Part shown: in pieces, positions 11,101-23,100 of the stretch
Numbering within the stretch: the stretch's first letter is position 1
How the letters are laid out: each line of letters starts with the position of its first letter
Source: Malacoraja senta
Taxonomy: Eukaryota
Assembly: GCA_038087875.1 (NCBI GenBank)
Contig: CM075993.1
Span: 2,110,001-2,174,000, forward strand
Reading direction: 5' to 3'
DNA: 64,000 nucleotides
Notes under the pieces: model-generated
The model's database searches: none
Seen by the model: only the letters and a program-made list of their open reading frames with translations
Told to the model about the DNA's origin: nothing
Position numbers and translations under genes: made by a program

Positions 11101-14100
11101 AAGGTTCTGCAATGGGAGAAGGTTCCTCTGGCTGGAGTCCACGTCCTACCTGAGTGTGCGATGTGCAGGCGTAGCGCTTCAGGTGGCCAAAGTCACATGT
11201 GGTGTCCTCAAGGCAGAAGCTGGCCTTGTGACCCTCAGCTACCTTCCTGCCAGTGGCCACATCCAGTAGGTCATAATGGCTGAACTCACCCATGCTGTGG
11301 TAGTGCCTGGAAACGAAATGAGCGGAAGAAATTAACGGAGACATCAAGAGTCTAGTCGGGGAAGAAGGTTCTCGACCCAAAACGTCACCCATCCCTTCTC
11401 TCCAGAGATGCTGCCTGTCCCGCTGAGTTACTCCAGCATTTTGTGCCTATCAAGAGTCCACAGTGTTTCAGTTCAATTTTGTTTATTGTCACGGAACATT
11501 GTCATGGTTTCAATGCCATATGTACCAAAACATTCATACTTGCAGCAGCATAACATGTCAGTTTTTTTTATTGTCACATGGACCGAGGTACGGTGAAAAG
11601 CTTTTTTGTTGCGGGCTATCCAGCCAGCGGAAAGACTACAAATGGTTAGAATCAAGATGCAGAATAAAGAGAATAATGTTTAGTGCAAGATAAAGTCCAG
11701 AAAAGTCCAAGTAAAGATAGCCCAAGGGTCTCCAACGAGGTAGATGGTAATTCTGGACCACTCCCTAGTTGTTGATGGGATGGTTCAGTTGCCTGATACC
11801 AGCTGGGAAGAAACTGTCCCTGAATCTGGAGGTGTGCACATCACCACTCACAGGTCCTCCTCCAAGTTTCACGCAACCTTGGAAGTGGACTCCAGCGGGC
11901 GGCGACGCTGACTTTAACATCGGGAGCCGAGATCGCCAGCGGTGGAGCTCCGTCCAGCGCGGCCCTGTCGGCTTCGGGAGCCGCGGTCTCCGGCAAGGAA
12001 GCGGCCGTTCCAGGCGTCCCAAGCCGCTGAGAGGGTTCTCCCGACGCCGGAGCACCATCACCCGGCGAGAAGGGCGTGGAACATTGGGCCCCGTAGCAGC
12101 GACTGCGGAGAGCCTCAATAGGCCCCGACTATGGGTGGACAAGGGATGGATGGACAAGACTTTGTGTCTTCCCTCACAGTGGGAGCCATTGTGAGGGAAT
12201 GTTTTTACGTTTTATGTTAAATTTCTTTATAATGTGTGTTGTATTCTTATTAACGTGCTGCAATGGCAACTTGAATTTCACTGCACCAATTGGTGTATTT
12301 GACAATAAATGAACCTTTGAACCTTTGAACCTCCACAAATGAAGAAATGGGAAGAAGACTCTCGACCCGAAACATCGTCCATTCTTTCTCTCCAGATGTG
12401 TTAACCACTGGGTCTCTGGTTACTTTAGAGTTGATAGGTCAGTTTAGAATTTTGAGATTCAGCGTGGAAAGCGGCCCTTCGGCCCATCGAGTCAGCGCCA
12501 TCCAGCGATCACCCCCCGTTCTCTCGTCCTATCGTACGCACTGGGGACAATTTCCAGAAGCCAATTAAGCTACAAACCTGCACGTCTTCGGAACGTGGGA
12601 GGAAACTGGAGCACACCGGGGAAAACCCACGCGGTCACGGGGAGAACGGGGGGGGGGTTCAAGGAAAGAGCGTTCAGGTCGATCGCGGCAATGTCTCCAC
12701 ACAATCTTTCCACCATCATGCACAAGAAGCCATAGAAGCCACAAAACAGACACCATTGCGTGCAGATGCCGAGAAGTGTGTTCACATCTGGCTGAACAAC
12801 TCCTAATCTGTTGCGTGGACTCCATAAGAAGAAGAAGGCGGGGAGAATGTACAAACTCTGTACAGACGGCACCCGGAGTCAGGATCGAACCCGTGACTCT
12901 GGCGCTGTGAGGCAGCAACTCTACCGCTGCACCCACTCAATGCAGGTGGCAGATTTCAGTGAACTGCGATTGCATTGAACCAGTGAATTGCATCTTTACA
13001 ACGATCTCTGAGTTTTATTTCCGACTTCTGTTGTGTACATATATATATATAATTGATAAGACCTGAGGATCATAAATAGGATCATTAAAATGTGGTGGAA
13101 TGAGAAAATTAAGTGGTCAGATTAATCTTGCATGAGATAGGTTTACAGTACCATAAAACCACTGGCATTAATGTCTTGATGTTCCAAGGTGCTTCGCTGA
13201 TGCACACATGGATGCACGGGGATACAGAAAGAGAGGTTAGAGCAGCAGATTAATTCATTCCTCTCACAGCCACTCATTTAGTTAGTGGTAGCTCCAAATA
13301 CAAGAATAGGCTAACTCCTCTGATTTTGAATAGCCCCCCTCTCCCCCTTCTCCCCCTCCCCTCCCATGCCCCACCTGGACTTGAACCTATGCCTCCGTTC
13401 CCCCTCCACCCACATTCATCCTCCAGCTTCACAATTTGTAACTCTTCAACCCTTTTAGTTTATTCAGTTAAGTTTTAGAGATACAGCGCGGAAACAGGCC
13501 CCGGGGTAACTCTGCGGGTCAGGCAGCATCTCTGGAGGGAAGGAATGGGTGACTTTCGCGTCAGCGAAATGTATTTCTATTCCTTGGTGTTCTGGTTTCT
13601 TCCGACACACTATCGACCCTAAAGGGCCTGTCCCACTTGGGTGTCATTTGCGCTTCACGCAGGTGGCGCGCGAAGATTTTGTGGATCCCAGAATCCTGGG
13701 GGCGCCGCGCGCGACTGCCTACGTCACCACGCACACGTCATGACGCGTAAACGATGTAGCGTGCAAATGACGCCCAAGTGAGACAGGCCCTTAAACGTCA
13801 CCCATTCCTTCTCTCCAGTGATGCTGTCTGAAGAAGGGTTTTGGGCCGAACGTTGCCTATTTCCTTCGCTCCATAGATGCTGCTGCACCCGCTGAGTTTC
13901 TCCAGCATTTTTGTGTACCTGCTGGAGAAACTCAGCGGGTGCAGCAGCATCTATGGAGCGAAGGAAATAGGCAACGTTTCGGCCCGAACCCTTCCGGGTT
14001 TCGTCCCGAAACGTTGCCTATTTCCTTCAGGGTTCGGCCCGAAACGTTGCCTATTTCCTTCGCTCCATAGATGCTGCCGCACCCGCTGAGTTTCTCCAGC

Positions 14101-17100
14101 ATTTTTGTCTACCTTCGATTTTCCAGCATCTGCAGTTCCTTCTTAAACATCCTGCTGTCTGACCCGCTGGAGTTACCCCAAATTTAGTGTCTATCCTCGG
14201 TTCAAACCAGCATCTGCAGTTCCTTCCTAGACGAGAGACGTAGGCTATTGTGCAGGGCAGTCTGCTTCCACAATGCATACCACTGCAGGCTAGATAACAC
14301 ATCCTGAGGGCCATATCTGTCCGTTCAATCAATGGATTGGAGCTGCTATCAAGCTGCCCAGTTGTGTCGCTGGCTTATAACAAACACAAGGACCATGCTG
14401 ATAGGGATGTTTAACTTGGAAAGCAACATCACTTGGCAGAGAATGTGATGACAAGTTGAAAGGACAGCTTCCCCTCCAAGCACAATGAGTCATGTAGAAC
14501 ATGCACTAAATGTTTTCCTTGATAAAGCTGGCTAGTAAAACACTGACCCCGTGCGAACATCATCCGCCTTCCAATGATCTCATCATGGTCTGCTGAAGAC
14601 ATTTGGTGTGTGTTGCCTTTGTTTAAGTATTTCTTTGGTCCCGGTTAGAAAAGGCAAAGCATATTTCAGCCAAAACAGCCCTAGACTTACTGGAATCTAC
14701 ACCCTGGGAGTGGTGAGTGTGGAATTCTCTGCCTCAGAGGGCGGTGGTGGCAGGTTCTCTGGATACTTTCAAGAGAGAGCTAGATAGGGCTCTTAAAGAT
14801 AGCGGAGTCAGGGGAAGGCAGGAACGGGGTACTGATTGGGGATGATCAGCCATGATCACATTGAATGGCGGTGCTGGCTCGAAGGGCCGAATGGCCTACT
14901 CCTGCACCTATTGTCTATTGTGAGTCTTGTGTCATCTAAGCTGGAGAGGGTGGAGAGAAGTGTGTCGGAAGGAACGGCAGATGCTGGTTTACATCGAAGA
15001 TGGACAGGAAAAGCTGGAGTAACTCAGCGGGTCAGGCAGCATCTCTGGAGAGAAGGAATGGGTTACGTTTCTGGTCGAGATTCTTCTTCAGTCTGAAGAA
15101 GGGTCTCAACCCGAATTCCATATCTCCAGAGATGCTGTCTGACCCGCTGAGTTCTCCAGCTTCTTGTGTCTGTCTAGGGTGCAGGGAAGATTACGAGAAT
15201 GATGCCAGGACCTGAGGGCGTGAGCTAGAGGGAGAGGTTGAGCAGGCTAGGACTGTATCCTTGTTGATCGAAAAGAGGTGTACAAAGTCATGAGAGGAAT
15301 AAATAGGGTGAATACAACAGACTCGTTTACCCAGAGTAGGGGTATCAAGAACGGGAGGACATGGGTTCAAGGGGGGGGGGGGGGGAAGATTTATTGGGAA
15401 CCTGAGGGGCAATTTTGCCACACCAACAGCGGCAGGTGTATGGAAGGAGCTGCCAGAGGAGGTAGTTGAGGCAGGTACTGTCACAACATTAACAAGACAG
15501 GTACATGGATAGGATAGGTTTTAGAGGGATATGGGCCAAACGCTGGCAGGTGGGACTAGTGTAGAATGGGCTGTCGGTCGGCGTGGGCAAACTGGGCTGA
15601 AGGGCTGGTTCCACGCTGTGTCAATCTGTGATTCTCTGATATGTACTAGAGAACCTAAGACAATAAGAACAGGGGTGGTCACGGTGGCACAGCGGTAGAG
15701 TTGCTGCCTTACAGCAAAATGCAGCGCCAGAGACCCGGGTTCGATCCCGACTACGGGGTGCTGTCTGTACGGAGTTTTGTACGTTCTCCCCGTGACCTGC
15801 GTGGGTTTTCTCCGAGATCTTCGGTTTCCTCCCAAACTCCAAAGACGTGCAGGTTTGTAGGTTAATTGGCTTGGTGCATGTGTAAATTGTCCAAGTTGGC
15901 GATATGCAAAGTACTGCCCTGCCGACTACAAAATTCAGAAGGTTCAGAAGGGAAGAAGTCCAGAGGTTAATTGTATGCCTTGACCCCGTTCACCCCAACC
16001 CCTATACATCTTAAATCTGCTGCTTGCTGCTTGGTTGTCTATCAATCACAACTTGAAACTACTTAGCAACTGATGTCTACAGTCCTAGTTTAGTTTACGG
16101 ACATAGCGCAGAAACAGGCCCTTAGGCCCAAGAGCCATAATGATCTTCCAATATGGTTCCTCCAGTACTATGCTTAGTTTGGCTTAGAAATACAACATGG
16201 AAACAGGCCCTTCGGCCCACCGAGTCCGCGCCGACCAGCGATCCCCTATCCCACACACACTAGGGGCAATTTACAATCTTTACCAAAGCCAATCAACCAA
16301 CAAAAAATGTACGTCTTTGGAGTGTGGGAGGAACCCGGAGCACCCGGGAGAAAACCCACGCAGGTCACGGCGAGAACGTACAAACTCCGCACAGACAGCA
16401 CCCGTGGTCAGGATCAAACCCGGGTCTCTGGCGCTGTGAGACAGTAACTCGCTCGCTGCGCCACCGTGCCGCCCCAAGCCGTTTGATTCTCCTTGATGCA
16501 AAGCTGACAATTTAGTTACCATAAGACATCGGAGCAGAATTAGGCATTCGGCCCATCAAGTCTGCACCACCGTTTGATTGTGGCTGATCAGTTTTTCCCT
16601 CTTAACTCCATTCTCCTGCCTTCTCTCAGTAAACTTTTGTTGCCCTAACTATCAGGAACCTATCAACCTCTGCCTTGAATCTCCACAATGACTTGGCCTC
16701 CACCGCCGTCTGTGGCAATGAATTCCAAAGATTCACAACCCTCTGGCCGAAGAAATTCCTCCCTCATCTCCATTGTGAAGTAGGGCTACTGGAGTCTGTG
16801 TCCTTGTGACTTTGAGGCAAAGTGGTCGGCTTGGCGGTTTGGCGCCGGCTGCGAGATCCTTTGTCCAAATTGGCACAGCCCGGCCTTTGTGGCGGTGAAC
16901 TTTTGACTTGTTTATTACGAATTCCTCACATAGTTTGCAAGCTTGTTGTGTAATTATGGACAGGCAGCAAAACCCCAGCCAAGATGCGAGGAAAAAAAAC
17001 AACATGTTATTGGGACTCAGGACTGCTGGTCCGTTTTTCTCAGGGGAGATGTCTCAGTGAGATCTCAATGGGAAGCACCTAGAATTAGAGCTTGCAATCG

Positions 17101-20100
17101 GTTCCCTGTGGCTCAACTGAGAGCAGCGTCTCTTTAGTCATTGGACTTTAAAGATACAGCGTGAACAACTGGCCCTTCGGCCCACCAAGTCCACACTGAC
17201 TAGCGATCACCCCACGCACTAGTCCTATACTGCAGACAAAGGACAATAAACAATAGACAATAGACAATAGGTGCAGGAGTAGGCCATTTGGCCCTTCGAG
17301 CCAGCACCGCCATTCAATGTGATCATGGCGGATCATCCCCAATCAGTATCCCGTTCCTGCCTTCTCCCCATATCCCCTGACTCCGCTATTTTTAAGAGCC
17401 CTATCTAGCTCTCACTTGAAAGCATCCAGAGAACCTGCCTCCACCGCAGAGAAGTCTGAGGCAGAGAATTCCACAGACTCACAACTCTCTGTGAGAAAAA
17501 GTGTTTCCTCGTCTCCGTTCTAAATGGCTTACTCCTTATTCTCAAATCTTAGCAACCAATTAGTCTGAAAAAGGGTCTCGACCCGAAACGTCACCCATTC
17601 CTTCTCTCTGCAGAGATGCTGCCTGTCCCGCTGAGTTGCTCCAGCTTTTTGTGTCTATCTTGATCAATTTACCTCAAGGTGACTGATCTAATTCATTTCT
17701 TAAACGTGACACTAAAGATAATTCACCAGTTTCTTTATTGTGGCCATGACGGAACTCTGCGATTGCTTATTATCACCTCTTTGTGGAATATTAATGCACT
17801 CTGAGTGGCTTTGCTTTGTAAATGCTTCCACTGGCAGCAGCAACGGATTTAAAGTATTGAAAGCAACTAATATTCGAGTCAATCTTGTAACATGGTAATA
17901 ACATTTCACTTGGCTTTAATAGTTTGCTGGCCAGATCATTGCATAGCTGTGGAATTTAATTTGTTTTAAATAAAAAGCAATGTTTGAAGTCTTCCCGTGC
18001 TAAAAGATAAAATATCAAATTAATGATTTGAGAATTAAATGCTAATTTTCAATCACATTGATCAGTTTATGAACTGTACACATCATGTAACTCCCTTCCA
18101 TTTACTTTAAAATACTTCCTTCCTGTTTAGTTTAGTTTAGAGATACAGCACGGAAACAGGCCCTTCGGCCCACCGAGTCTGTGCCGACCAGCGATCCCCG
18201 CACATTAACACTATCCTACACACACTAGGGACAATTTGACATTGACACCAAGCCAATTAACCTACAAACCTGTACGTCTTTGGAGTGCGGGAGGAAACCA
18301 AAGATCTCGGAGAAAACCCACCCAGGTCACGGGGAGAGCACGCAAACTCCGTACAGACAGCACCCGTAGTCAGGATCGAACCCGGGTCTCTGGCGCTATA
18401 AGGCAGCAACTCTACCGCTGCGCCACCGTGCCGCCCTAGGAAAAGGACGTGCTATAAGAAATATGTTGTCAATGGTTCAGAGAAGATTTACCAGGATGTT
18501 GCCAGGACTCAAGGGACTGAGCTATAGGGAGAGGTTGAGCAGGCTGGGTCTGCATTCCTTGGAGCGCAGCAGGATGAGGGGTGATCTTATAGTGGTGTAC
18601 GAAATCTCGAGAGGGTAAACACACAGTCTTTTGCCCAGAGTAGGGGAATCGTAAACCATAGGTTTCTGGTGAGAGGAGGGGGTAGGAAAAAGTTAATGGG
18701 ATCTTGAGGTGTAACATTTTTACACAAAGGGTGGTGGGTGTATGGAACGAGCTGCCGGAGGAGGTAGTTGAGGCAGGTTAATTCGTGTCTATTCCCTCCC
18801 CAGGCAAGTGTTAATCCCCTGTCCCACTGTGCGAGATCATTCTAGAGTTCTGCCGAGTTTTCCCCTGATTCGAACTCGGAGAATATCCATAGCGGGTCCG
18901 TGGGAGTTCGTGGATGTCTCGTAGCAGCTCGTACCAGTAAAAAGTAACAATTTTTTTCATCACGAGTATTTTTTTACTCGTGGACATTTTTTTGCGGGGA
19001 TGAAAAAACGTCACGAGTTTACCGGATGTCCCGAGTACCTACCGTTACTCATACGAGCCGCTACGGGACATCCACGAACTCCTACGGACATTCTCCGAGT
19101 TCGGATCAGGGGAAAAGCTCGGGAGAACTCTTGAATTACCTCGTACAGTGGGACAGGGGCTATAGATGGCAAAGAGACACAAAAAAACTGGAGTAGCTCA
19201 GCAGGTCAGACCGATGCTGCCTGTCCCGCTGAGTTACTCCAGCTTTTTGTGTCTATCTTCGGTTTAAACCAGCATCTGCAGTTCCTTCCTACACAAGCGA
19301 TATGTAGATGCAGGTTAAGGGATTAACTTGACCTGCTGAATTGCTCCATCACTTTATCAACATGATTATAAAGCAAACACAATTTGCCAAATGAATATTA
19401 ACTATTGTATTCAACCACAAAGCATATAATTATCTTTACATATTTTATTTGACGCTTGTTAACATCACCTTTTCATTCAGCATTTTAAATATGGTGCTGC
19501 CTTTAAAATTATGTTTTCAGATCATTTTCATCGAAACAAATAAGTAGTGGCAGACGGAATAGATGTTAGTAATAATGAGGAACTGCAGATGCTGGTTTAA
19601 GGCACAAAGGACATAAAGTGCTGGAGTAACTCAGCGGGTCAGGCGGCATGTCTGGAGAATGGGAGTAGGAGACCCTTCTTCAGACCAGAAACGTCACCCA
19701 TTCTTTTTTCTCCAGCGATGCTGCCTGACCCGCTGAGTTACGCCAGCTTTTTTTTGTCTGTCATCAGCATCTCTGGAGAACATAGAAGGGTGATGTTTCC
19801 TGAGGTGACATTTCTTCAGACTGACTGCAGGGAGGAAATTAAAGATGATAGAAGCAGGAGGCGGGACAAACCCTGGCAGATAATAGGTGAAGGAGGCTTT
19901 GAAAGGCAGATGGTTGGGACAAAGATCAGAGATAAAAAACAGAAGGTGTGAGACGATAGACTTTAGAGATACAGCACGGATACAGGCCCTTCGGCACACC
20001 GAGTCCACACTGATAAGCGATCACCAGCATCATCCTACACACACACTGGGGACAATTTTCCACTTTTACCGAAGCCAATTATCCTATACCTGTACTGCTC

Positions 20101-23100
20101 TGGAGTGTGGGAGGAAACCGGAGCACCCGGAGAAAACCCACGCATGTCACGGGGAGAACGTGCAACTCCACACAGACAGCACCCGTAGGTGGGATCAAAC
20201 TCAGGTCTCTGGCACTGTGAGCCAGTAATGGGCCTGTCCCACTTGGGCGATTTTTTTTTAGGCAACTACAGGCGACTAGTTTGTCGCCGCTGGTCGCCGT
20301 GAGTCGTCTCCTCAGTCGCGCAAAAAGTCGTAACGTCTTTCTGGTCACCGCTAAATTTTCAACATGTTGAAATTATTTTGGCAATAGTGGGTTTGACGCC
20401 AATGGGACTTCTCCTGACGTGGGTACTGTCATAGGTTGTCGCCAGGGATGACGTCGGTTGTCGCCGACTATTGACAGTCACCGGCAGTTGCCTAAAAAAT
20501 CGGCCAAGTGGGACCGGCCCATAACTCTACCGCTGAGCCACTGAGACACGATTGAAGAGTTGTGGACTGGTGAAGCCAGAGGGAGGAAAATAGCCAAAGG
20601 GACTACATGTTAGCTTCATTAAACTCCATTACAAGTGCTTGAGATTTGGTTCTCCCTTTCCTCTGCCCATTCCCCAGAGGGATATCTCCACGCACGCACG
20701 CACGGGGACTCTCGGCCGATGGACTTACTGGTGGCAGCTGTGCCATTCCCACGTATGGCGTGGCCGGTTCGGGAGGAAGTCCGCGGTTCCCTCGTTCTTC
20801 ACTCTCTGCGGAAACCTCAGTAGAACCCTGACGTCGTAGTCCGTGACATCAGCGGCGTAGGCGGAGCTGGGGAGAAAAGGGAGAGTTGGTCTGGGGAACA
20901 GTGCCTGGCGTTTCACTTGGGCAGCTTGCAACCCGGCGGCATCAACGTTGACCTCTCTAACTCCAAGTAACCCTTAGTTTAACCCAAAAATCCCAACACA
21001 ACAAAGTATACCCAAATAACCCAAGAACAAAGGAAGACCCGGCTTGGGGAGACCACCGTGAGAGAGGGGGGGGGGTGGAACAAGGGGGGACGTGGCGCGG
21101 GACACTGTGTTACTTTGTCTGCGCCCTTTATGTGGCGGCTATTTGCATACCTTCAGTACGCAAGCAAAGAAAATTCACTGTGAATTGTCACAGTGCATTT
21201 GAAACATATAAGATTGTCAAGGTTTGGACACGCTAGAGGCAGGAAAACATGTTCCCGATGTTGGGGAGTCCAGAACCAGGGGCCCACAGTTTAAGAATAA
21301 GGGGTGAGCCATTTAGAAACGNNNNNNNNNNNNNNNNNNNNNNNNNNNNNNNNNNNNNNNNNNNNNNNNNNNNNNNNNNNNNNNNNNNNNNNNNNNNNNN
21401 NNNNNNNNNNNNNNNNNNNNNNNNNNNNNNNNNNNNNNNNNNNNNNNNNNNNNNNNNNNNNNNNNNNNNNNNNNNNNNNNNNNNNNNNNNNNNNNNNNNN
21501 NNNNNNNNNNNNNNNNNNNNNGCTAAAGTGTTTCCTCTGTCCATAGTGAGTCTGCCTCGAACTTCTCTGCCTCAGAGGGCAGGTGGAGGCCGGTTCTCTG
21601 GATACTTTCAAGAGAGAGGTAGATAGGGCTCTTAAATATAGCAGAGTCAGGGGATATGGGGAGAAGGCAGGAACGGGGTACTGATTGGGGATGAGCAGCC
21701 ATGATCACATTGAATGGCGGTGCTGGCTCGAAGGGCCGAATAGCCTACTCCTGCACCTATTGCCTATTGTCTATTGTCTAACTACCTCTTCTGGCAGCTC
21801 ATTCCATATTCTCGCCACCCTCTGAGAGAAAAAGTTGCCCCTCAAGTTTGTATTAAATCTTGCCCCTCTCACTGTAGACAGATGTGTTCTGGTTCCTGAT
21901 GCCCTTGTTCTGGGTAATTGGCTTCTAGATTTATCCATCGTAACTAAAGGCTTGCAAAGGTTTACCTTAACTATTGTGTATTACTTATAGTAGACATACG
22001 TTCCATGTGCTTTCTCAAGCAATATCAGCTTGGACTGCATTTTATGTTACAGGATTGCCTATTTAAGGCAAAAGGTATAGGGATGACCTTTCAGAGAGTT
22101 GTGAATCTTTGATGTGTTAGAAGGAACTGCAGATGCTGGTTTTCAATCGAAGGTAGATACAAAATGCTGGAGTAACTCAGCGGGTCAGGCAGCATCTCTG
22201 GGGAGAAGGAATGCGCGACGTTTCGGGTCGAGACCCTTCTTCAGACTGATGTCAGGGGAGGGGGCGGGACAAAGATAGAATGTAGTTGGAGACTGTGAGA
22301 CTAGTGGGAGAACTGGGAAGGGGGAAGGGATGGAGAGAGAAAGCAAGGGCTATCTGAAGTTAGAGAAGTCAATGTTCATACTGCTGGGGTGTAAACCATC
22401 CAAGCCAAATTGATGTTCCCAATTGAAACCATTCCCAAGTGAATCGTTGATGTTCTCTGACCCATAGTGACAGAGGTCGAAGCACTGAGCGTACACAAAG
22501 GCCGAGACAGATGACTATTTAGCCTATCTGTCTGAAGAAGGGTCTCGACCCGAAACGCCACCTATTCATTCACTCCACAGATGCTGCCTCACCTGCTGAG
22601 TTTCTCCAGCATTTTGTCTACCTTCAATTTTTCCAGCATCTGCAGTTCTTTCTTCAACATTTAGTCTATTTATTTAGTTTAGTTTAGTTTAGTTTTAGTT
22701 TGGAGACGTACATGGATAGGATCGGTTTTGCGGGTGGTGAATCTGTTGAATTCATTGCCAGGGAAGGCAGTGGAGGCCAGGTCAGTGGATGTATTTCAGC
22801 CAGAAGAATAGCGATAGGGATCCTGACCCAAAATATTGTCCACCATTTCCCTCCACAGACCTGACCCATAGAATTTCTCCACCAAAGACAGACACAAAAT
22901 GCCTCACCGGTCAAGCAGCATCTCTGGATAGGTGACAATTCAGGTCGGGAGACCCAGCTCTTTGTGTCTATTTATCCACAGAAACTACCTGAGATGCACT
23001 TTGGGAACCATCACCTTTCCTTCTACGTTAAGCACTGAGGCCGCACAGTGTCACAGTGGTAGAGATACTGCCTCATAGCACCAGAAATCCGGGTTCGATC

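Noticed and set aside
18360..18436. tRNA-like sequences with A and B boxes (many copies)
   Set aside because: They are SINE heads continuing into the V-domain and LINE tail, not standalone tRNA genes.
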